Origin: Hyphomicrobiaceae bacterium
Lineage (GTDB): Bacteria > Pseudomonadota > Alphaproteobacteria > Rhizobiales > Hyphomicrobiaceae
Direction: 5' to 3'
Assembly (NCBI GenBank): GCA_035574175.1
Contig: DATLZB010000109.1
Coordinates: 310 to 64,309 of the forward strand
Length of the DNA stretch: 64,000 bases
The notes beneath the pieces were generated by a model, which was not told the DNA's origin, did not search any database, and saw only the letters and a list, made by a program, of their open reading frames with translations. Made by a program: the position numbers and the translations under genes. Below are positions 37,193 through 46,386 of the stretch, one piece after another. Position 1 is the first letter of the stretch. Each line of letters opens with the position of its first letter.

Positions 37193-37641
37193 ACGGCGGC
37201 GCGATGCAGGGCGGGCTCGGATGCAGGGCTCGAGCGGACGGCTGTTGGTGCCGGCCGCCAGCGTCCTTCGGGCAGCGGGCGCCCGGCGCGCACGTCCCAT
37301 TGGTAGAGATAAACCCAGGCGGTCAGCTCGCGCCCGTCGCACAGCTGAACCGTGCGGCGGGCGCGCACGTACTCGGTCAGGGTCGGTGCGGCTGGGTGGA
37401 TGCCTTCGTAGGCATCGAGCCAATCGAGCGAACGGGTGGCGTCGTTCAGAGCGTAAACCTCGCCGTGAACGATCGAGCGGGTGTCGTGGCAGTCACGCAA
37501 GCCCGGCCACTTGCCGAAATCGTAGAGCCGGCCGGCAATGGTCGCCGGTCCGAGATTGACGGCTTCTTTCGCCAGCCGGGCGCCCATGGGATGAGCGGCC
37601 GTCGACATCAGCGTGCCATACACAAACAGGTACTCGGGCAT
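37189..37641 (-). CDS. gamma-glutamylcyclotransferase (AIG2/GGCT-like) family protein
   Basis: N-terminal YLFVYGTLM motif and ...VHGEVYAL...YEG... (GGCT fold with catalytic Glu context). Start set at ATG 37641. Confidence 0.8.
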   Translation of the reverse strand: MPEYLFVYGTLMSTAAHPMGARLAKEAVNLGPATIAGRLYDFGKWPGLRDCHDTRSIVHGEVYALNDATRSLDWLDAYEGIHPAAPTLTEYVRARRTVQLCDGRELTAWVYLYQWDVRAGRPLPEGRWRPAPTAVRSSPASEPALHRAAV

Positions 37642-37770
37642 GGTCGTGCTCAAACCCTCGCCGATCGAAATTCTGACGCGCCGCAATAGTTACCACAACC
37701 TTAACGTGTAATCTACTGTAAACGACAACCTACATTGGAGCATGCGGTCGCACGTAGGCCCGGGTCTGCG

Positions 37771-38181
37771 TCACTCGGTCAGCCAGCGGCCGTTGTTGAG
37801 CAGCCGTGCCGCGTTCGGACGGCGGGCATAGAGGTAGACCCAAGCGGTTAGCTTGCGGCCATCGGCGAGGCGAACGGGCCGGGTGGCGCGGCGGTATTCG
37901 CCCCTATTCTGCTCGCCCCGGGCGATACCCTCGTAGCGATCGAGCCAACGCAGCGTGGCGGCAGGATTGCGCAGCGCGAAAACCTCACCGTGGACAAGGT
38001 GGGCGGCGCTTGCGCTCGCCAGCAGACCCGGGTAGCGGCCGAGGTCGTAAAGACGGCCGGGGGTGGTGGCACGGCCCAGGCTCTTGGCCTCACGCTGGAG
38101 GCGCCGGCGCTGGGCGCAACCGAGCGGTCCGGAGGCAACCGACATCAGCGTGCCGTACACAAAAAGGTGACCGGTAAACAT
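37771..38181 (-). CDS. gamma-glutamylcyclotransferase (AIG2/GGCT-like) family protein, tandem paralogue
   Basis: HLFVYGTLM, VHGEVFAL, LDRYEGI and TAWVYLY are shared with 37189-37641. Start set at ATG 38181. Confidence 0.8.
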   Translation of the reverse strand: MFTGHLFVYGTLMSVASGPLGCAQRRRLQREAKSLGRATTPGRLYDLGRYPGLLASASAAHLVHGEVFALRNPAATLRWLDRYEGIARGEQNRGEYRRATRPVRLADGRKLTAWVYLYARRPNAARLLNNGRWLTE

Positions 38182-38296
38182 GGCAATCTTCACCGATTCA
38201 CGCACCGTCCGCGACCGATGATCACCGGCATTTGCCTCGCCCGTGAACGCTTATTGCACCATATCCTGCTGGAACCCGCCCGCTGGAGGATGCGCC

Positions 38297-38767
38297 ATGC
38301 TGTCTCGCACTCTGCTCGGCCTCGCGGCGTTGGCGGCCGCAGCCCTTGCCGCCGCCGCAACGCTTCGCCCGACACTGGCGGCCGAGCCGCCGATCTATAC
38401 AGGCCTGGTCACCGGCGTGGCGGTGGGCGGCTACGATCCGGTCGCCTACTTCACGGAGGGCAAACCGGTCAAAGGGCGAGAACAGCTGACGCTCGAGCAC
38501 GAGGGCGTCACGTGGCGCTTCGCCAGCGAGGCCAACCGCGAGGCATTCAAGGCGGACCCCGCCAAGTTCGCGCCCCAGTACGGCGGCTATTGCGCATGGG
38601 CCGTATCGCGCGGCTATACGGCCAAGGGCGATCCCAACGCCTGGACTGTGGTCGATGGCAAGCTCTATCTCAACTACAACCTGTCGGTGAAGCGGGACTG
38701 GGAGAAGGACATCCCCGGCAACATCAAGAAGGGCGATGCCAACTGGCCGAAGGTGCTCGGGAAGTAA
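38297..38767 (+). CDS. YHS-domain-containing periplasmic protein (Cys form of a family that includes selenoproteins)
   Basis: Signal peptide MLSRTLLGLAALAAAALAAAA. Followed by GGYDPVAYF..., WRFASEANREAFKADPAKFAPQYGGYCAWAV. GGAGGA precedes ATG 38297. Confidence 0.75.
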   Translation: MLSRTLLGLAALAAAALAAAATLRPTLAAEPPIYTGLVTGVAVGGYDPVAYFTEGKPVKGREQLTLEHEGVTWRFASEANREAFKADPAKFAPQYGGYCAWAVSRGYTAKGDPNAWTVVDGKLYLNYNLSVKRDWEKDIPGNIKKGDANWPKVLGK

Positions 38768-38794
38768 CGGGTCCAGAGGCCGACCGTGTGGGCG

Positions 38795-40933
38795 TCAGCC
38801 GGCGATCCTGGAGAAGTCGGCGACGTTCAAGGTGGCGGCGCGGATCTCGGACAAGAGATGCAGGCGGTTCACGCGCAGCTTCGCATTGTCCGTGTTCACC
38901 GTCACCTTGTCAAAAAAGGCATCGACGGGACGGCGCAGCTCGGCCAGCGCCCGCATGGCACCGGCGAAGTTCTCCACCTCGATCGCCTTGCGGGTGTCCT
39001 CCTTGACCTTCTCGATGGCCGCATCGAGCGCCAGCTCCTCCGGCGCCTCGAGCAGCCCGGGGTCGGCCTCGCCGGCATAGCTTCGCTTATCCCTCTTCTC
39101 CTCGTCGCGAATGATGTTGACGGCGCGCTTGACCCCGATCAGCAGGCTGGCGCCGTCGTCGGTCTTCAGGAACTCGGAAAGCGCTTCCACGCGCTTGACG
39201 ATCAGTGCCAGGTCGTCCTGGCCGCCCAGCGAGAACACCGCGTCGATGAGGTCGTGGCGCGCCCCCTTCTCGCGCAGATGCACCTTGAGGCGGTCGGCGA
39301 AGAAGGAAAGGAGGTCGAGCACGCGTCCGTAGACGATCAGGCTGTTGAACCTCCGGTCGGACGTATCCGCCTCGAGTTCGCGGTCGGTTCCCTCGAGCGA
39401 ATGCTCGAGCCGCATCAGGTGTGCTTGCATAGTGGGTACTAGCGGCAACCGCAGATCATTCTCCAGAACGATGCGGATGACGCCGAGCGCCGCCCGCCGA
39501 AGCTGATAGGGATCGCCCGAGCCGGTCGGCTTCTCGCCGATGGCCCAGAAGCCCACCAGCGTGTCGAGCTTGTCGGCGAGCGCCACCGCGATCGCCACCG
39601 CGTCGCCCTCGGAGGCGAGCGGCACGGTATCGTTGGGCCCACGCGGCTTGTAGTGCAGCTCGATGGCGCGGGCGATCTCGGGCTTGGTGCCGGCGGCTTG
39701 CGCGTAGTAGCGGCCCATCGTTCCCTGCAGCTCGGGGAACTCGCCGACCATGCCGGAGACGAGATCGGCCTTGCAGAGCTGGGCGGCACGCCGCGCGTCG
39801 GCCGGATCGGCGTCGACGGCGCCCGCAATCTGAAAGGCGAGCTCGGCAATGCGCTCAACGCGCTCCTTCTGGGTGCCGAGTTTCTCGTGAAAGGTGATGC
39901 CGTCGAGGGCGGAGGCCATTTCATCGAGCGGACGCTTCAGATCCTGTTCCCAGAAAAAGCGGGCGTCGGCGAGGCGGGCGTCGATCACCTTCTCGTTGCC
40001 GGCGACGATCCGTGCGCCGCCGTCAGGAGGCGACAGGTTGGAGACGAGCAGGAAGCGGTTGGCAAGCTTTGCCGTGCGCGGGTGGCGCAGCGAGAAGCAC
40101 TTCTGGTGGTTCTTCATGGCGGTGATGAGACACTCGGCAGGCACCTTCAGGTAGTCCTCGTCAAAGTGGCCCATCAGCACGGTCGGCCACTCGGTCAAGC
40201 CCGCGTTCTCGGCGAGCAGGGCCTCGTCGGCGACCAGCTCGAGCTTGTGCTTGCCGGCCAGCGCCAGCGCCTGCTCGCGGATCATCTCGGCCCGTTCGGA
40301 GGCCGGCAGCAGCACCTTCCGTGCCCTGAGCTTCTTGCCGTAGTCGGCGAAGCCCGACACGTCGAACGGCTCATTGCCGTCGAAGCGGTGGCCGCGCGTG
40401 GTGTTGCCGCTCTTGATGCCGGCGACCTCGAACGGCACGACCTTGCCGTCGAGCAGGCAGACGATCGAGTGCAGCGGGCGCACCCAGGTGAAGCTGTGGC
40501 TCGCCCAGCGCATCGATTTCGGCCACGGGAATCTGGCGAGCACCTCTGGCACGACGGCGGCGATGATCTCCGCCGCCCTGCGGCCGGGCTTGTCGATTTT
40601 CGCGACGTAATAGTCGCCCTTCTTCGGGTCGGGAACGACGGTGGCCTCGCCGATCGACTTGAGCCCCGCGCCTTTCAGGAAGCCCTGGATCGCGGCTTCG
40701 GGAGCGCCGACGCGCGGACCCTTGCGCTCCTCGGACATGGCGGGCGATTTGTCCGGCACGCCGTCGATCACCAGGGCGAGCCGGCGCGGCGTGGAGAAGG
40801 CATGGGCCTCGCCGACTGCGAGGCCCTGTGCCTTCAGTCCGTCGACGATGAGCCGCTTCAAGTCTTCGGCCGCGCGGGCCTGCATGCGTGCCGGGATCTC
40901 TTCAGAGAACAGCTCGAGCAGCAGCTCAGCCAT
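38795..40933 (-). CDS. glyS: glycine--tRNA ligase beta subunit
   Basis: MAELLLELFSEEIPARMQ is the canonical GlyS N-terminus. About 712 aa. AGAGGA precedes ATG 40933. Confidence 0.95.
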   Translation of the reverse strand: MAELLLELFSEEIPARMQARAAEDLKRLIVDGLKAQGLAVGEAHAFSTPRRLALVIDGVPDKSPAMSEERKGPRVGAPEAAIQGFLKGAGLKSIGEATVVPDPKKGDYYVAKIDKPGRRAAEIIAAVVPEVLARFPWPKSMRWASHSFTWVRPLHSIVCLLDGKVVPFEVAGIKSGNTTRGHRFDGNEPFDVSGFADYGKKLRARKVLLPASERAEMIREQALALAGKHKLELVADEALLAENAGLTEWPTVLMGHFDEDYLKVPAECLITAMKNHQKCFSLRHPRTAKLANRFLLVSNLSPPDGGARIVAGNEKVIDARLADARFFWEQDLKRPLDEMASALDGITFHEKLGTQKERVERIAELAFQIAGAVDADPADARRAAQLCKADLVSGMVGEFPELQGTMGRYYAQAAGTKPEIARAIELHYKPRGPNDTVPLASEGDAVAIAVALADKLDTLVGFWAIGEKPTGSGDPYQLRRAALGVIRIVLENDLRLPLVPTMQAHLMRLEHSLEGTDRELEADTSDRRFNSLIVYGRVLDLLSFFADRLKVHLREKGARHDLIDAVFSLGGQDDLALIVKRVEALSEFLKTDDGASLLIGVKRAVNIIRDEEKRDKRSYAGEADPGLLEAPEELALDAAIEKVKEDTRKAIEVENFAGAMRALAELRRPVDAFFDKVTVNTDNAKLRVNRLHLLSEIRAATLNVADFSRIAG

Positions 40934-41143
40934 GGCATGTCCTCTTTGCCAAGCCTGCCGAGCAGGCCTGCCAGACAATCCGAACACGCCCTCTCCAGCC
41001 GCGTTCGCGGAAGCCGCGCCGGCGGCCATCCGGGATCTTGCCGAGTGCGGCAAGATCGAGCCCGGGAACATCCCGCCGCGCGGCCGGTTGAAGCGACGTT
41101 AGCCGGGAACCCAGCCGCACAGGGGGCGCACACACTGCCAACA

Positions 41144-42091
<948 letters not shown>

Positions 42092-42177
42092 CGAGCGGCA
42101 CTGGGTTGAGGGATCGGCCGCGCACTATACGCAAATCAGGCCTTGCGTCATCAGGGATTGCGCTTTCATGCCGGCGC

Positions 42178-42369
42178 TCAGCGCTTGGCCGGCCGATAGA
42201 CGCGTGCGTCCTCGTCCCACTCGAGCGGGCCCAGATCGCGCGGGCCGCGGGAGCTTTGCCTAAACCGCTCGCGGTCAGCGGCCAGCGACCGCTCCCATTC
42301 CCGTGCGAGCCAGCGATATCCGAGGTAGAGCCCGGCTCCCATCAGGCCAAGAAGGAGAAGCTGTGGCAT
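42178..42369 (-). CDS. small membrane protein, 63 aa
   Basis: MPQLLLLGLMGAGLYLGYRWLAREWERS... has one N-terminal TM helix. GGAGG lies 6 nt upstream of ATG 42369. Sits 19 nt downstream of the S49 peptidase gene. Confidence 0.5.
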   Translation of the reverse strand: MPQLLLLGLMGAGLYLGYRWLAREWERSLAADRERFRQSSRGPRDLGPLEWDEDARVYRPAKR

Positions 42370-42388
42370 CGATCGCCTCCGGAGCGAC

Positions 42389-43231
42389 TCACAAACCGTA
42401 GCGTGCCCACAAGGCGCGCGCCTCGAGGGCCGAAACCAGATCATCGGCCAGGGCAAGGGCGATCCCTTCCGCCGGCGGACCATGGCCAATACTCGGCAGA
42501 CGGCGCAGGCGCGCCAGCCAGCCCGCGCTTGCGATGGGAATGGCCCGCAAAACCACCTTCGGCCCGTGCAGCTCACGCATCTTGGATCTGACGTCGGCGA
42601 CGCCGTCGATCAGCCCCAAGTCGAGGGCCTTGGCCGCCGACCAGAAGGCTCCCGAGAACAATTCGGCATCGGGCGCCTTGAGCCGGCCGGCGCGGCGATC
42701 CTTGACGATGCCGATAAACACGTCGTGCACATCACGCTGGATGGCTTTAAGCCGCTCGATCTCCTCCGGTCGCTCGGGAAGGAAGGGATCGAGCGCGCCC
42801 TTGTGGTCGCCGGCGGTGTAGACGCGCCGCTCGATGCCCAGACGGTCGATCGCCTTGTGCAGGCCAAAACTCGCCGAAATGACGCCGATCGAGCCGACAA
42901 TGGAGGCGGCGTCGGCGTAAATCTCATCGCCGGCCAGCGCCAGGTAGTAGCCGCCGGAAGCGGCCACGTCCTCACAGAACACGATGATGCGCTTGTTCTT
43001 CTCCTCGGCGAGCTGGCGCAGGCGCTTGAAGAGCAGGCTCGACTGCACGGCGGAGCCGCCGGGCGAATTGACGGCAACCGCGACGGTGGGAAGGCGCGAG
43101 GCGGAAAACGCGCGCTCCATGGCCTGCGCCGCGGAAGAAAGGGTCAGTCCCGGACGCAGAGGGGTGGCAAGACCGATCGGCCCGGAAAAGCGGAGCACCG
43201 GTACGACCGGGTGGCGGGAGAATGGCCACAT
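42389..43231 (-). CDS. sppA: S49 family signal peptide peptidase (SppA, 36K type)
   Basis: AVNSPGGSAVQS, DVAASGGYYLALAGDEIYA (Ser nucleophile context) and GSIGV. Start set at ATG 43231 (MWPFSRH...). Confidence 0.8.
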   Translation of the reverse strand: MWPFSRHPVVPVLRFSGPIGLATPLRPGLTLSSAAQAMERAFSASRLPTVAVAVNSPGGSAVQSSLLFKRLRQLAEEKNKRIIVFCEDVAASGGYYLALAGDEIYADAASIVGSIGVISASFGLHKAIDRLGIERRVYTAGDHKGALDPFLPERPEEIERLKAIQRDVHDVFIGIVKDRRAGRLKAPDAELFSGAFWSAAKALDLGLIDGVADVRSKMRELHGPKVVLRAIPIASAGWLARLRRLPSIGHGPPAEGIALALADDLVSALEARALWARYGL

Positions 43232-43316
43232 CTTGAGAATTGCCCTTTGCTGATGCGGGCGACGCGCTCCGGAACCGATGCGTTTCGCCAGCGCAACACA
43301 TAGTTGAGGAGGGCGG

Positions 43317-44117
43317 TCACCGCCAGCCCCTGACGCAATGCGTAAGCGGCGCGCCGTCCCGGAGCACGGCGTCGATGTCGGGAAGGAAGCCATGGCCTGC
43401 GCCATGCAGCACGAGGCCGGAAAGGAGGCGCAGGGGCGCGCGGCTGCCCTTGCGGCCGCCGACGAGGATGCGCCGGGCCGGGTCGCCGGCACGCGGGTGG
43501 ATCGGCAGCACGCTGAGGTCACCGAAGCGGCGGCCAAGCGCGAGGAGCACGTCCCCCAGGGCATCGGCCCGGTGGATCAACGTCACCGCTCCTTCGGGGG
43601 CCGCCATGCGGGCAAGGAAGCGCGCCCAGCGCTCGAGGCCGCCTGCCGCCATGACGTATGCGCCGGCCTTGGCCCGATCGGCGGGTGAGCTGGCGCGCCC
43701 CTCTTCCAGATAGGGAGGGTTGGCCAGCACACAGTCGAAGGAACGCGCTTCAAGTCCTTGCGAGGCGAGGTCCGCGGCGGGAGCAAAGAGGTCGGCGGCA
43801 ATCACGCGAACACGGGATGAAAGGCCGTTGCGGGCAACGTTCTTGCGGGCAAGCTCGACAAGGTCAGCGTGGAATTCGACCAGCACCACCTCGGCGCCCG
43901 GCACGCGAGCGGCGAGGGCGAGGCCGGCCGCACCGACGCCGGCGCCGGCGTCGAGCACTCGCACGCGGACTGGCCCCGCAGCGGGAACGGCGGCGGCGAG
44001 CAGCATGGCATCGAGCCCGGCGCGGTAGCCGGCCTTGGGTTGCAAAAGGCGCAGGCGGCCGCCGAGGAACGCATCGTCCGTGACATCGGCTTGCGCCACA
44101 GGGTCAGCTCTCGTCAT
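43317..44117 (-). CDS. SAM-dependent N6-adenine methyltransferase (tRNA1(Val) m6A37 methyltransferase-like)
   Basis: SAM motif I VLDAGAGVGAAGLALA and catalytic motif VLANPPYLE (NPPY). Confidence 0.75.
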   Translation of the reverse strand: MTRADPVAQADVTDDAFLGGRLRLLQPKAGYRAGLDAMLLAAAVPAAGPVRVRVLDAGAGVGAAGLALAARVPGAEVVLVEFHADLVELARKNVARNGLSSRVRVIAADLFAPAADLASQGLEARSFDCVLANPPYLEEGRASSPADRAKAGAYVMAAGGLERWARFLARMAAPEGAVTLIHRADALGDVLLALGRRFGDLSVLPIHPRAGDPARRILVGGRKGSRAPLRLLSGLVLHGAGHGFLPDIDAVLRDGAPLTHCVRGWR

Positions 44118-44337
44118 CGCCGATGATCCAGGACTTGAGGCCTGCTTCCACCAGCACGGACCGTGCCTGGTGCCAGTACTCCTCGGGCACGAGGACCCGG
44201 CGTGGGAAAACGCCGACCGAGCCTTCCAGCACGCTCATGTTCGCGTCGGCGATCAGCGGCTCGAAACCGGCGTCGTCGAGCAGGGCCTCGACGAGGCTCA
44301 GCACGACGACATCGTTGGTCCGCATGATCTCACGCAT
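44104..44337 (-). CDS. DUF2007-like small protein (putative signal-transducing fold)
   Basis: 77 aa. MREIMRTNDVVVLSLVEALLDDAGFEPLIADANMSVLEG... Overlaps the downstream methyltransferase start by 14 nt. An alternative start is ATG 44325. Confidence 0.65.
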   Translation of the reverse strand: MREIMRTNDVVVLSLVEALLDDAGFEPLIADANMSVLEGSVGVFPRRVLVPEEYWHQARSVLVEAGLKSWIIGDDES

Positions 44338-44446
44338 GGCGCGATCAGATCGCACACATGCGGCATGCGGCAAAGTGCCGTGAATAGCGCCTGGCGCGGT
44401 TTCAATATATCATGATGAACCCGAAACCGGTCGAGGAACAGCCGCA

Positions 44447-45466
44447 GTGGCAGTGGTGCTCCAGCTCGAACAGCCGCGCGAGGATGCGAAATTGTCACTG
44501 GCCCCGCTGCTGGCTCTCGTCGCCGACGACATGGATGAGGTAAACCGCATCATCCTCGATAAGGCGGTATCCGATGTCGACCTCATTCCGCGGCTGGCTC
44601 ATCATCTGATCGATTCCGGCGGCAAGCGGCTGCGGCCGATGCTCACCATCGCGGCAGCCAAGCTCAGCGGCTATCGCGGCACCGGCCACATCCGGCTCGC
44701 GGCATCCGTGGAGTTCATGCACACCGCCACGTTGCTTCACGACGATGTGGTCGATGAGAGCCGGTTTCGGCGCGGCAAGGAGGCGGCGCGGCTTGTGTGG
44801 GGCAACCAGGCCAGCGTGCTGGTCGGTGACTTCCTGCTCGGGCAGGCGTTCCGGATGATGGTGGAGGTCGGCTCGCTTCCCGCACTCAAGATCCTTTCCA
44901 ACGCATCCGCGGTGATCGCGGAGGGTGAGGTGATGCAACTGGTGGCCGCCAAGAACCTCGCCACCACGGAAGATGAGTACCTCACCATCATCGAAGCCAA
45001 GACCGCCGCGCTGTTTGCGGCCGCGTGCGAGGTGGGCGCGGCAATCGCCAGCCGGCCGGCCGAGGAGCAGGCGGCACTCGGCGCCTACGGCAAGGCGCTC
45101 GGCATCGCGTTCCAGCTCGTCGACGATGCCCTCGACTACAGCGGCGACAGCGCCCGGCTCGGCAAATCGGTGGGCGACGACTTCCGCGAAGGCAAGGTCA
45201 CACTACCCGTCATTCTGTCCTACCGGCGCGGCAGCGAGCATGAGCGCAAGTTCTGGAAGCGCACGATCTCGGAAGGCGAGGTGCGGGAGGACGATCTCAC
45301 CACGGCGATCGCCCTGATGCGCAAGCACAAGGCCATCGAGGCCACGCTCGAGCAGGCGCGTCGCTACGGGGCAACGGCACGCGAAGCTCTCGCGCCGTTC
45401 CGCGACAGTGCGCCAAAGCAGGCGATGCTCGACCTCGTCACCTTTTGCGTTGCCCGCGCGAACTGA
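44447..45466 (+). CDS. ispB: polyprenyl (octaprenyl) diphosphate synthase
   Basis: First DDxxD motif LLHDDVVDES and second motif FQLVDDALDY. GTG start at 44447. Confidence 0.9.
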   Translation: MAVVLQLEQPREDAKLSLAPLLALVADDMDEVNRIILDKAVSDVDLIPRLAHHLIDSGGKRLRPMLTIAAAKLSGYRGTGHIRLAASVEFMHTATLLHDDVVDESRFRRGKEAARLVWGNQASVLVGDFLLGQAFRMMVEVGSLPALKILSNASAVIAEGEVMQLVAAKNLATTEDEYLTIIEAKTAALFAAACEVGAAIASRPAEEQAALGAYGKALGIAFQLVDDALDYSGDSARLGKSVGDDFREGKVTLPVILSYRRGSEHERKFWKRTISEGEVREDDLTTAIALMRKHKAIEATLEQARRYGATAREALAPFRDSAPKQAMLDLVTFCVARAN

Positions 45467-45494
45467 GGCGTGCCTTGCGGCGCGCTGGCTCGGG

Positions 45495-46349
45495 TCAGCC
45501 GAGCGTCGCGGTGCGTACCCACCAGGCGGGATTGGCGGCGGCAAGGGTGCGGGCAGCTTCGGCCGCCGCCGCGCCATCCGGGTAGATGCCAAAGCAGGTC
45601 GGGCCGCTGCCGCTCATGCGCGCAAGCAGGCATTGGCGCGTCGCGCGAAGAGCCGCAAGCACGTCGGCGACAACAGGCAGCAAGCGGATGGCCGCAGCTT
45701 CGAGGTCGTTGCCGTTGCGTCGGAGATAGTCCAAAAGCAGCGCAGGGGAAGGCGGCCGCCAGGTCGGGCGCGGCTCGCGGCGGACCGGTCCGGCATCGAG
45801 GACCTCGAACACGGCGCGGGTCGGCAGTGGCACGCCCGGGTTGAGGAGGGCGACGGCGAGAGGGGGCAGGCCGGCGACCGGTTCGAGGCATTGGCCGATG
45901 CCGCGGGCGAGCGCCGTGCGGCCTTCAAGACACACCGGCACGTCGGCGCCGAGGTCGGCGGCGACAGCGGGCCAGTCGATGCGATGAGCAAGGCCCGGAT
46001 TGGCGCGGCGCACGCAGCGCAGGAGCGCGGCGGCATCGGCCGAGCCGCCACCGAGCCCGGCGCTTACGGGGAGCAGCTTGCAGAGGGCGACCCGCCCCAG
46101 ACGAAGGTGCGGCTCGAGGCGGCTCAAGCGGGCGAGCGCGGTGGCAAGCAGGTTGTCGCCCTCGATTGCCGCCGCGAACGGTCCCGTTACCTCCACCGCC
46201 GGCGGCTCTGCAACATCGAGCGTCACCATATCGGCGACGTCGCCAGCAAAGGCGATGAGGCTTGCGAGCTCATGGTAACCGTCCGCGCGGCGACCGAGGA
46301 TGCGCAAGGTCAGGTTGACCTTGGCGGGCGCAGTCTCGGTGATCCTCAT
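45495..46349 (-). CDS. ispE: 4-(cytidine 5'-diphospho)-2-C-methyl-D-erythritol kinase
   Basis: APAKVNLTLRILGRRADGYHEL and the GHMP motif PVSAGLGGGSADAAA. Start set at ATG 46349. Confidence 0.9.
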   Translation of the reverse strand: MRITETAPAKVNLTLRILGRRADGYHELASLIAFAGDVADMVTLDVAEPPAVEVTGPFAAAIEGDNLLATALARLSRLEPHLRLGRVALCKLLPVSAGLGGGSADAAALLRCVRRANPGLAHRIDWPAVAADLGADVPVCLEGRTALARGIGQCLEPVAGLPPLAVALLNPGVPLPTRAVFEVLDAGPVRREPRPTWRPPSPALLLDYLRRNGNDLEAAAIRLLPVVADVLAALRATRQCLLARMSGSGPTCFGIYPDGAAAAEAARTLAAANPAWWVRTATLG

Positions 46350-46386
46350 GTCGCGATGCCGCCGCCGAGGCGACGCCGGCGCCTCA

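Noticed and set aside
40934-41071. A 46-residue N-terminal extension of GlyS starting at ATG 41071.
   Set aside because: The extension (MFPGSILPHSARSRMAAGAASANAAG...) is low-complexity. The canonical GlyS N-terminus MAELLLELFSEEIPA starts at 40933 with its own AGAGGA ribosome-binding site.
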